A stretch of DNA of 64,000 bases, taken from NCBI GenBank assembly GCA_964643135.1, contig CAZXPC010000001.1, positions 103,726 to 167,725 on the forward strand, given 5' to 3'. Source of the stretch: an uncultured Candidatus Saccharibacteria bacterium (GTDB lineage Bacteria > Patescibacteriota > Minisyncoccia > UBA6257 > Colwellbacteraceae). Of the stretch, positions 17,759-25,947 are shown one piece after another. The notes beneath the pieces are model-generated. The model was not told where the DNA came from. It worked only from the letters and a program-made list of their open reading frames with translations, and did no database searches. Numbering within the stretch: the stretch's first letter is position 1; the number at the start of each line of letters is the position of its first letter. A program made the position numbers and the translations under genes.

Positions 17759-18169
17759 CTACTTATTTAGCCAATAAACAGCTTCTTCGCGGCTAGAGAA
17801 CCAACTGACTCGCCGGTTGAAGGTTTTAATCAGGAAAAAAGCGAATTCCAGGATCGCATTCTGAAAGTCGGTGTTGCCCACGATAGCAATCTTGTTGATT
17901 TGCTTGTTCGCAGCCAGATCGCGGTAAACCTCGCCGCCTCCCTTGGAGACATAGCCCAACTTCCCCATAGGAGTGATATCGACTATGCAATTATAAATTT
18001 TGTCGGGCTTTAAGCTTAATAATCTCAAGCACTCGTCGCGAAATAGTTCGGCTTGGCGAGTGTTGCTCTCATCGTCGTACTCAGGAATCAGAAAAGCCAT
18101 GTTTAACAAACCTTCGGCATCATCGGCGGAAATGGTAAAAGTTTTTTTAAGATCGACATCCGAAGTCAT
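17759..18169 (-). CDS. Hypothetical protein, possibly STAS/SpoIIAA-like fold
   Basis: 136 aa. C-terminal [21 protein letters not shown]...SREEAVYWL resembles the STAS-domain C-terminus. Weak. Confidence 0.3.
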   Translation of the reverse strand: MTSDVDLKKTFTISADDAEGLLNMAFLIPEYDDESNTRQAELFRDECLRLLSLKPDKIYNCIVDITPMGKLGYVSKGGGEVYRDLAANKQINKIAIVGNTDFQNAILEFAFFLIKTFNRRVSWFSSREEAVYWLNK

Positions 18170-18201
18170 CTGTCCATTATCTCACAAATATCCCTAGAAT
18201 T
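18167..18201 (-). promoter_or_regulatory. Copy 2 (inverted) of the 35-bp promoter+ATG element; extended -10 at 18176-18184 (minus), 6 nt before the start codon of the 17759-18169 gene
   Basis: Reverse complement is identical to 8393-8427. Confidence 0.6.
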
Positions 18202-18232
18202 AAATAAAATCAATCTGGTGTATAATTCAAAT

Positions 18233-18784
18233 ATGGCCAAAGAAATCGCAGTATTCGGGGGCGGATGCTTCTGGTGCACCGAAGCGGTTTTTAAGGATCT
18301 CCGAGGCGTCACTGGAACGATGCCGGGTTATGCCGGCGGATCCAAGCCCGACCCGACTTACGAGGCGGTCTGCGGCGGAAAAACCGGCCACGCCGAAGTT
18401 ACTAAAATAGAATTCGACCCGTCCTTAATTTCTTTTGAAGATCTACTCACGGTCTTTTTCGCCGTTCACGACCCGACCACTTTAAACCGCCAAGGCAATG
18501 ATGTCGGTACGCAGTACCGCTCAATCATTCTCTACACGAGCGACAGCCAGAAAAAACAAGCCGAAGAATTTATCAGGAAGCTTGATCAAGACGAACCGGC
18601 CGCGGAGAAAACCGCGCCACGAGTGGTGACCGAGTTGAAGTCTCTCGATAAATTTTATCCGGCCGAAGATTATCACCGCGATTATTTTGCTAAGAACCCC
18701 AACCAGCCCTATTGCCAGTTGGTGATCAGCCCCAAGCTTAAGAAGCTAAAGGAGAGGTTTGGCGCGCTTTTAGCCAAAGAATAA
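18233..18784 (+). CDS. msrA: Peptide methionine sulfoxide reductase MsrA
   Basis: GGGCFWC active-site motif. Start set at the ATG ([14 protein letters not shown]); TATAAT (18221-18226) lies 6 nt upstream, so probably leaderless. Confidence 0.9.
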   Translation: MAKEIAVFGGGCFWCTEAVFKDLRGVTGTMPGYAGGSKPDPTYEAVCGGKTGHAEVTKIEFDPSLISFEDLLTVFFAVHDPTTLNRQGNDVGTQYRSIILYTSDSQKKQAEEFIRKLDQDEPAAEKTAPRVVTELKSLDKFYPAEDYHRDYFAKNPNQPYCQLVISPKLKKLKERFGALLAKE

Positions 18785-19030
18785 CCTCGGTCGTCTTCAT
18801 AAAATCTTTAGAAGTTCTTCATCTCCGATTCTTTACCATTAATGGTAAAGGTCGACTAGTAACCATTTAATATAAAAGTGAAAAAACTCATTAAGAAGAT
18901 TCTCACCGATAAAAAGGCGAGAAACGCTGAGGCGGCGGAAGCCTTTGCGCAGACCACCGCAGATGTAGGCGTGGCCTGGGACTAATAGCGCTTAGGACAT
19001 AAGTGTATTAGAATACGGAAGAATCCCAAA

Positions 19031-20446
19031 ATGATTTTTTTGTCTTTCTTGTACAATAAACTGATCGAGCCGAGATCCCAAAATGAAGATTCGGCGCGGC
19101 GAGAATTTATTTTGAATATCTTTCTCATTGCCTCAACGGTTCTTCTGTCTTTCGCGGTTTTCCTGGCTCTAAAAAGTTCTATTGTGAATGGCAAAAATTA
19201 TCAGGGGGATTCTCCTGTTTATGTCTTCAGTATCTGGCTGTTTTTTGTGCTGCTGCTCCTACTTTCAAGACGAGGATTCTTTAGGATAGTTTCCTACATT
19301 TTTGTAGGTGTATATTTCCTGGCGGTTTCTTACGGACTTTACCGTCTGGGAGTAGACCAGCCGGAAACACTCTTGGGCCTTGCCCTCGTGATTGTCATAT
19401 CCGGCGTGTTGGTAGGATCCAAATTTGCATTTCTAACCACCATTCTGTCTTCAGCGGTCTTGATCACTCTCGGATATCTGCAGATTGACGGAGTCTACAC
19501 GGTCCATTCGTATTGGAAAGACCTGCCGGCCAAGAAAACGGACGCTATTATTTTTTCCATAACTTTGGCGATAATCGCCATAGCTTCCTGGCTTTCCAAC
19601 CGAGAAATTGAAAAATCTCTCCGCCGGGCCCGAAAATCAGAAACTGAGCTCAAGAAAGAGCGCGACTCACTCGAGATCACAGTTCAGAGAAGAACCAAGG
19701 AACTTAAAGAAGCTCAAGCGGAGAAAATGTCCCAGCTTTATCGCTTTGCCGAATTCGGCCGGCTCAGTTCAGGCATGTTCCACGACCTTATCAATCCCCT
19801 TAACGCTGTTTCTCTGAATATGGAGAAAATAAAAAGCAGAGAAGCGTCGAGCTACGTCGACAAGGCAATCAGCGCGGCGCAGAAATTAGAAGAGATGGTT
19901 GGGGCGGTGCGTAAACAGCTGAACCGGGAAGAGAATAGGAGCCTCTTCTCCCTGAATAAGGAGATCGAATACGTCATCGATGTCCTTTCACACAAAGCCA
20001 AGAAGGCTCATGTGATAATAAATTTCTCATCGGAACACGAGATCCAAATCTTCGGAGACGCCATAAAATTTAATCAGGTAGTTCTCAACTTGATCGCGAA
20101 CGCTATTGATTCTTATCCGCCCGCGACTGGCAAAGGCGGCGAAAGAACTGTTTCAGTTACGATGCGCCAAAACCAAAACAACATCACTTTAGAAGTAAAA
20201 GATCGCGGCGCAGGTATACCTGAAGCCAACCTGAATAAGATATTTGAACCTTTCTTCACAACCAAGCCAGAGGGGCAAGGCATAGGCCTGGGCCTTTCGA
20301 TGACCAAGCGAATCATTGAAAAAGATTTCGGCGGAGATATCAGCGTTCAAAGCAAGATCGGCAGCGGCGCAGTTTTCACTATAAAAATTCCCCTAAAAAA
20401 TGAGGCAGCAGCGAGTCCAAGCGAAGGTCAGCAGCGCGCTCAATAA
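19031..20446 (+). CDS. Membrane sensor histidine kinase (HisKA + HATPase_c)
   Basis: About 5 N-terminal TM helices, coiled-coil, H-box FHDLINPLNAV, N/G boxes (DRGAGIP; GQGIGLGLSM). Confidence 0.85.
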   Translation: MIFLSFLYNKLIEPRSQNEDSARREFILNIFLIASTVLLSFAVFLALKSSIVNGKNYQGDSPVYVFSIWLFFVLLLLLSRRGFFRIVSYIFVGVYFLAVSYGLYRLGVDQPETLLGLALVIVISGVLVGSKFAFLTTILSSAVLITLGYLQIDGVYTVHSYWKDLPAKKTDAIIFSITLAIIAIASWLSNREIEKSLRRARKSETELKKERDSLEITVQRRTKELKEAQAEKMSQLYRFAEFGRLSSGMFHDLINPLNAVSLNMEKIKSREASSYVDKAISAAQKLEEMVGAVRKQLNREENRSLFSLNKEIEYVIDVLSHKAKKAHVIINFSSEHEIQIFGDAIKFNQVVLNLIANAIDSYPPATGKGGERTVSVTMRQNQNNITLEVKDRGAGIPEANLNKIFEPFFTTKPEGQGIGLGLSMTKRIIEKDFGGDISVQSKIGSGAVFTIKIPLKNEAAASPSEGQQRAQ

Positions 20447-22367
20447 TGGATTGAGGTTTTTAGCCGGCGAACAGGAAAAAGACGGCAGCTTCATGTGCCT
20501 CGTGTCGACTAAATTAGATGACTATAGCCAGGCTAAGACAGTACCGGCGATCGTCCCCACTAATATTGTTCTGTCGTCGCTTATCCACATCGAGAGCAAT
20601 CTCAGCGCCACTATTAAAAAGAAGGCGGCTGGTTTTTTACTCGGCGAGCGAAACGAATATTGGTCGTTCAACTATTGGTTCAAAAAGTCTAATTGGTTTA
20701 AGAAAGAACCCTATCCCGATGATCTGGACGACACCTTTTGCGCTCTCTCCGCTCTCTATGAATATAAGCCGGGCTTATTTAACGGCGAAGTCATGGCCAA
20801 GATTGTGACTATGCTCACCTCAGCTGAGAAGCAGGAAGGCGGACCTTATGATATGTGGCTCGTTCCCGAGGAGGGCCGAAGCACGTGGAACGACACCGAC
20901 TTAGTCGTGAACAGCAATGTGGCCTTCTTCCTCGCGCTTCAAGATATTTCTTTGCCGAAGGTCAACGCATTTATCGAAAAATCGATCGACGAAGAGGACT
21001 ATGAGTTTCCCTATAACAAAATTTATCCGGCCGTCTATTTCATTTCGAGATTCTATAAAGGAAGAAAAACGGACCGTATGATAAAACTTCTCCTTTCTAA
21101 ACAAGAGCAAAACGGCAAGTGGGAGAATCCCCTTCGCACTTCTCTAGCGATCTCAGCGCTGATAAATTTATCCGGTCATAAATATCAAGCCGAGCTGGAG
21201 AAAGGCATCGAATATCTATTACGAAATCAAAACCGTGACGGCGGCTGGAAGCCCGCATCTTTCTATTTTCAAATGAGAACTTCAAAGAAAACTCTCTATG
21301 CCGGGTCAGCCTCCATCACCACCGCTTTATGTTTGGAAGCGATCAACAAGTGGCAGAATAAGTTCAAGGCGCCCAAAATAGCCGTCCCGAAAAAAGAGAG
21401 AGCCGTGAAGGCAGCCGAAATATATGAGGCAGCCTCTAAAGTAGTCAAAACTAGATTTTCAACTTGCGATTCTGATCTAAGGAGAGAAGCTTCAAAAGTA
21501 GTCGCGAAAACACTGAAAGGCGACCGGGACAAACAGATCGTGCTGCTCCCCTACTTTTTTGCAGCGGCTCTACGGGAGTCCAGCCAAAAAATCATCGCAA
21601 AAAGAGATTTTCTGACCAACCTCGGAGCGGCCAACACATTCGGATGGATAGCCTACACTATTTACGATGATTACTTCGATGGCGAGAGCGGCGCTAAATC
21701 GCTGGCACTTCTTTCGGTTGCTAACGTGGCCCTGCGGGAGTCATCTGAGATATTCGGCAATATTCTGCCGCCCAGGGACGGCCTAAAGAGTGCATTTGCC
21801 GAATTTTCCAAGAAAATATTCGACACTATAGACGGCGCCAATGCCTGGGAAATCAACCACTGCCGGGGCGAAAAGCTGCCTGATTACGGCAATTATGCGC
21901 AGCTGGCGGAGAAGTCACTGGGACATTCGCTGGGGCCTATGGCCATCCTCTTCGCGCTCGGCTACAGAGAAAACTCGGCCGAAGTTCAAACTATGATGGA
22001 CTTCTTCCGTCACTACCTAATTGCGCGCCAACTGAATGACGATGCTCATGATTGGGAAAACGACCTGAAACGGGGCCATATCAACGCAGCCGCGATCCAA
22101 ATACTTAAGAAAATCAAGATACTCCCAGGCCGGCCTTCAGATAAACAACTCGGAGAACTGCGTAAATTATTTTGGGCCGATGCGGTGGTTCAGGTATGCA
22201 ATGATATTCTAAAACACGCGCAAATGGCCAGGAATAGCGTTGGTAGGTCGGCCCTCATCAAAGATGTATCTCTTTTCGAAAATTTGCTCGCGCCAATCGA
22301 GGAGTCGGCTCTAAAAGCGCTTAAGGAACGCGAAGAAACAATCAAGTTCGTCAAATCCTATCGATAA
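20400..22367 (+). CDS. Terpene-cyclase-like two-domain protein: N-terminal alpha/alpha-toroid with QW repeats and DxDDT motif, C-terminal helical domain with DDxxD motif
   Basis: QW-type repeats LRFLAGEQEKDGSF, EKQEGGPYDMW, LLLSKQEQNGKWEN, KGIEYLLRNQNRDGGWK. DDLDDTF (DxDDT). C-terminal AYTIYDDYFDGE plus acidic NDDAHDWEND about 120 aa later. 47-nt overlap with the kinase gene; start uncertain. Confidence 0.4.
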   Translation: MRQQRVQAKVSSALNNGLRFLAGEQEKDGSFMCLVSTKLDDYSQAKTVPAIVPTNIVLSSLIHIESNLSATIKKKAAGFLLGERNEYWSFNYWFKKSNWFKKEPYPDDLDDTFCALSALYEYKPGLFNGEVMAKIVTMLTSAEKQEGGPYDMWLVPEEGRSTWNDTDLVVNSNVAFFLALQDISLPKVNAFIEKSIDEEDYEFPYNKIYPAVYFISRFYKGRKTDRMIKLLLSKQEQNGKWENPLRTSLAISALINLSGHKYQAELEKGIEYLLRNQNRDGGWKPASFYFQMRTSKKTLYAGSASITTALCLEAINKWQNKFKAPKIAVPKKERAVKAAEIYEAASKVVKTRFSTCDSDLRREASKVVAKTLKGDRDKQIVLLPYFFAAALRESSQKIIAKRDFLTNLGAANTFGWIAYTIYDDYFDGESGAKSLALLSVANVALRESSEIFGNILPPRDGLKSAFAEFSKKIFDTIDGANAWEINHCRGEKLPDYGNYAQLAEKSLGHSLGPMAILFALGYRENSAEVQTMMDFFRHYLIARQLNDDAHDWENDLKRGHINAAAIQILKKIKILPGRPSDKQLGELRKLFWADAVVQVCNDILKHAQMARNSVGRSALIKDVSLFENLLAPIEESALKALKEREETIKFVKSYR

Positions 22368-22368
22368 A

Positions 22369-23052
22369 TTATCTTTGGAGGTCAATTTTGTAGCCCCGTC
22401 CTGGCACCGAATGGATAAGTTTTTTCCTAAAACCAACGTCGATCTTCTTTCTAAGATTTAAAACATGCGCTTCGATGGTATTTGAGAACAGATCCCCGTC
22501 GGAATTCCAGACGTGTTCCATAATCATCCCCCGGGACAAAACCCGGCCTTTGTTCCTCAAAAAATATTCGAGCAATATGAATTCTTTCCGAGTCAGATAC
22601 ACTCGTTTCTCGCCCCGCGTAACTGCCTGCTTCTGGGTATCAAGCCTGAGGTTGTCGATCGAGAGCTCCTCTTCTTTGATCTCCGGAGGCCGCCTCAGAA
22701 TTGTCCTAATCCGCGCCAGCAATTCTTTGAAGGAAAACGGCTTGGTCAGATAATCATCGGCCCCCACCATAAGCAGTTTTACTTTTTGGTCAACGTCGGT
22801 TTTAACCGAGAGCATCATGATCGGCGTCTGTTTCACCTTCTGCTTGCCGCTTTCCCGGATCGTTTTGCAGATCTCAAAGCCGTTCTTGCCGGGCAAAATA
22901 TAGTCGAGAATGATCAAATCATAATTATTGGTCAGCGCCAGATACTCGCCCTCTTCGCCGTTTTCCGCGGCATCCACGGCAAAACACTCCTCTTCGAGCG
23001 AAGATTTAAGAAAGTCCCTGATCTCGGCCTCGTCCTCAATAACAAGAATGCG
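22369..23052 (-). CDS. OmpR-family response regulator (REC + winged-helix)
   Basis: MRILVIEDE...DLIILDYILPGKNGFE receiver domain. C-terminal trans_reg_C (LTRKEFILLEYFLRNKGRVLSR...VPGRGYKI). Start moved to MRILVIEDE. Confidence 0.85.
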   Translation of the reverse strand, partial: RILVIEDEAEIRDFLKSSLEEECFAVDAAENGEEGEYLALTNNYDLIILDYILPGKNGFEICKTIRESGKQKVKQTPIMMLSVKTDVDQKVKLLMVGADDYLTKPFSFKELLARIRTILRRPPEIKEEELSIDNLRLDTQKQAVTRGEKRVYLTRKEFILLEYFLRNKGRVLSRGMIMEHVWNSDGDLFSNTIEAHVLNLRKKIDVGFRKKLIHSVPGRGYKIDLQR

Positions 23053-23166
23053 CATGGAAGCGATGTTTAAACTATAACTCATTATAGAAAAATGAAGAAA
23101 ATATAAAAGGCCGGCCGAAAACAAATCTTCATAATTATTTCATCTTGCCCTTCGATCCCAGACAAT

Positions 23167-23212
23167 CAAAAGATCCGCCTCGATAACTTCAGGGGGCGGA
23201 TCTTTTGATTTT
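23167..23212. terminator. Bidirectional rho-independent terminator
   Basis: Perfect 13-bp stem CAAAAGATCCGCC / GGCGGATCTTTTG with a 15-nt loop. T-runs on both strands. Separates the ATPase transcript from the regulator promoter. Confidence 0.6.
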
Positions 23213-23219
23213 AGGCAGC

Positions 23220-23291
23220 TTACATCGTGCAATCACACATTGGGCACTTCCCCATGTGTTTGTCATGAGGACAATTCGGACACTTTTCCAT
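23220..23291 (-). CDS. Putative 23-aa Cys-rich mini-protein MEKCPNCPHDKHMGKCPMCDCTM
   Basis: ATG...TAA ORF 43 nt downstream of the P-type ATPase stop and upstream of the terminator. 6 Cys + 2 His in CPxCP / CPMCDC arrangement. TATAAA box 5 nt upstream of the ATG, no SD. Coding status unproven. Confidence 0.3.
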   Translation of the reverse strand: MEKCPNCPHDKHMGKCPMCDCTM

Positions 23292-23333
23292 AGTAATTTA
23301 TATTTTTTAATAAGGCGACCTTTGACTCGTTTA

Positions 23334-25892
23334 TTATATCATTTTGAGACGATCCCTAAACTTGGCATACATTAATTTGATGACTTCATTCATGAATAAG
23401 TAAGCGATCAAGATTCCTCCTATAATCTCGACTTGATTAATATCAAGGGCTACAAAATGGAACAGCTGGCCCAGCGGCGGGTAAAAAATCAGCGCAGCTC
23501 CAATGAAACAGGAAAGAATGGAGAAGACGATCATGTTGACAGCGGGAATTCCTCCGCGATAAATCGGCAAGAGCGTGCGCAACGATAGGAAGGCCAGCAC
23601 TTCCTGGAAAACACTGAACAAAAACCAGCCCGACTGGAGAACGCTTTCCCCGTACGAGAAGAATGATCTGAAGAAGATGAAGTCAAAAGGAACGCTTAAA
23701 AGGCCGAAGAGAATTATAAAAATATAGAGATTCCGAAGGTCGTATTTCTGAGGCTTCTGCATTTCTGCCTCGGGCACATTGTCGAGCGAAATCGTCACCA
23801 TGGGCAAATCGGTGATGAGGTTCAGTATCAAAATCTGGACGGAAAGCATCGGCAGAAACGGCAAAAGGAAAGATGCAATCACCATCGTAAAAAAATTTCC
23901 GACGTTGGCCGCGAAAGTAGTCCGGATATATTTAATGACATTGGCGAATATTTTTCGGCCCTCCTCAATCCCCCGCCCGATCACGATCAGCTCGCTTTTT
24001 AGGAGCACAATGTCGGCGGCATCCCGAGCTACGTCCGAGGCATTATCGACAACCAGGGCTAGGTCGGCGATCTTCAAGGCCGGCACATCGTTAAAGCCTT
24101 CGCCCAAAAATCCAACGGTGTGGCGCTTCTTTAACGACTCAATAATCAAGTATTTATGGTTGGGCATAGTCCGGCCGAACACATTGTACTTATCGACGGC
24201 GACGAGCCTCTCATTTTCGGTCATTTTTTCGAATTCTTCGCCGGCTAAGACATCATGAGGGTCAGCGATAAGGCCCAGCTGATGCGCCACCGCGCCGGCC
24301 ACCTCGTTGGAGTCGCCGGTAACAATTTTAAGCTTTACGTTAAGCTTATTGATCAGCTGGGCGGCGGCTTGCGAGGTTTCTTTAAGAGGATCGGTGAAAG
24401 AAATCATGCCGGCGAAAATCAACCCCTGAGCTTCTTCTTTCTTCAAATCAAGAGATCCTCCTTGGCCTGCGGTTTCTTTAAAGCCGATAGCAATGGCCCG
24501 CTCTCCTCTTTCGCCGGCCTGTTTAAACCAGGCCAGAGCCTCATCTTTAGTTTCTTGGCTGATTTTATCTGTTTTGCCCCCGATCCCTAGCGAACCTACC
24601 GAAGACTCAAGAATAATTTCCGGAGCGCCGCGCGCGAGTAAAATCTGGCGCGAATCCATTCTATAAAGTGCTGAATTGACCTTCCTGATGGCATCGAAGG
24701 GCAGAGACTCCAAAAATTCGATCCGCTGCGCATCTTCAGCCATCTTCTTAGTGCCTACATTTAAAATTGCGGCGTCAAACGAGCCGTGCATTTTATTAAG
24801 CTTCTTGCTGGCGATAGAACTTACAAATGCCAGACGCAAAATCTCGGCGTGATCTTCGCCGAAATATTGGGCAATTGCCAATTTATTCTCGGTAATTGTG
24901 CCTGTCTTGTCCGTACAAAGAACATCAACGTTGCCGAGATCTTCCAGCGCCGTCAATCTCTTGATAACGACGCTGTTCTTGGCCAGAATCAGAGAGCCTT
25001 TAGAAAAAGCGAGAGTAGCGACCAGAGGCAGAGCTTCAGGAACCACGGCGACGACCAACGCAACAACGAAGACAAAAAACCCCAGATCAATGTGTCCAAC
25101 TGTGATGAATTTGATCAGGAATATCAACATAGCGATTAGGAAAAAAAGAAAAGTGGCGAACTCCCCGATCTTTTTCAAATTAACTTCGAATTTGCTCGGA
25201 CGCTCGATAGAGTTCAATTTCTCGAAGATGCCGGCGAAATAAGTGTGCTCACCCGTTGCGATAACGACCGCTTCGCCCCAGCCCCCGATGACACTCGAAC
25301 CGGAAAATCCAAGATTGCGGGCGTCCAAATCATTTTCGATCGACTCCGAAACCGGCGCAGAATTTTTAGGAACCTCCATCGATTCGCCGGTCAAGATCGA
25401 TTCATCAATGGTTAAATTCCTGGTTCGCAGGAATCTGACGTCGGCCGGTATCAGATCTCCCTCTTCCAAGAAAATGAGGTCGCCGGGGACGAGGTCTTGG
25501 GTGTTCATCTTTTTGATCTCATCATTCCTTTTGGTCCGAACATAACGAGTCAGGAATTTGCGTAAATTGAAGACCGACTTCTCCGCGTTGAACTCCTGGT
25601 AGAAACCCGACCCGACATAGATACAGATAAACGCGAAAATAAAAGAAGCGTCCAAGATTTCCCGGGTGATGAGATCAACGGCGGCGGCGAAAAACAGCAG
25701 GTAGATAAAGAAGGATGTAAATTGCCTTAAGAGAATACCCTTCCAATCAGGCTTTTTATACTCTATTAAATTCAATCCGTCTTTTTCGGCTCGAGTCTTG
25801 GCTTCAGCCGAGGAGAGCCCGTCCAGAGTCACATTAAAAGAGCGCAAAACTTCTTCGCCGGATTTTGAAAAGTAATCCTTGTATTTGAACAT
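23334..25892 (-). CDS. Cation-transporting P-type ATPase (P2/P3-type, Ca2+/Mg2+-like; not heavy-metal type)
   Basis: DKTGTITEN phosphorylation motif, TGES, PEALPLVAT in M4, GDGFNDVPALK hinge, 10 predicted TM. No CPC motif or N-terminal metal-binding domain. Confidence 0.85.
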   Translation of the reverse strand: MFKYKDYFSKSGEEVLRSFNVTLDGLSSAEAKTRAEKDGLNLIEYKKPDWKGILLRQFTSFFIYLLFFAAAVDLITREILDASFIFAFICIYVGSGFYQEFNAEKSVFNLRKFLTRYVRTKRNDEIKKMNTQDLVPGDLIFLEEGDLIPADVRFLRTRNLTIDESILTGESMEVPKNSAPVSESIENDLDARNLGFSGSSVIGGWGEAVVIATGEHTYFAGIFEKLNSIERPSKFEVNLKKIGEFATFLFFLIAMLIFLIKFITVGHIDLGFFVFVVALVVAVVPEALPLVATLAFSKGSLILAKNSVVIKRLTALEDLGNVDVLCTDKTGTITENKLAIAQYFGEDHAEILRLAFVSSIASKKLNKMHGSFDAAILNVGTKKMAEDAQRIEFLESLPFDAIRKVNSALYRMDSRQILLARGAPEIILESSVGSLGIGGKTDKISQETKDEALAWFKQAGERGERAIAIGFKETAGQGGSLDLKKEEAQGLIFAGMISFTDPLKETSQAAAQLINKLNVKLKIVTGDSNEVAGAVAHQLGLIADPHDVLAGEEFEKMTENERLVAVDKYNVFGRTMPNHKYLIIESLKKRHTVGFLGEGFNDVPALKIADLALVVDNASDVARDAADIVLLKSELIVIGRGIEEGRKIFANVIKYIRTTFAANVGNFFTMVIASFLLPFLPMLSVQILILNLITDLPMVTISLDNVPEAEMQKPQKYDLRNLYIFIILFGLLSVPFDFIFFRSFFSYGESVLQSGWFLFSVFQEVLAFLSLRTLLPIYRGGIPAVNMIVFSILSCFIGAALIFYPPLGQLFHFVALDINQVEIIGGILIAYLFMNEVIKLMYAKFRDRLKMI

Positions 25893-25947
25893 CTTGATGT
25901 CTAAATTATATGTGAAAAAATCGAATTAACGAAATCGATGATGTATA

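Noticed and set aside
22513-23070. 185-aa + strand ORF (and 22475..22753) antisense to the OmpR-type response regulator
   Set aside because: Lies entirely inside a well-supported minus-strand gene. The translation is low-complexity Pro/Arg-rich with no domain. Typical shadow ORF.
23779-25545. Series of + strand ORFs (23779..24258, 24255..24590, 24786..25139, 24898..25242, 25243..25545) inside the P-type ATPase gene
   Set aside because: Antisense shadow ORFs of an 852-aa protein with complete P-type ATPase motifs. Their translations are Ser/Arg/Ala-rich with no domain signatures.
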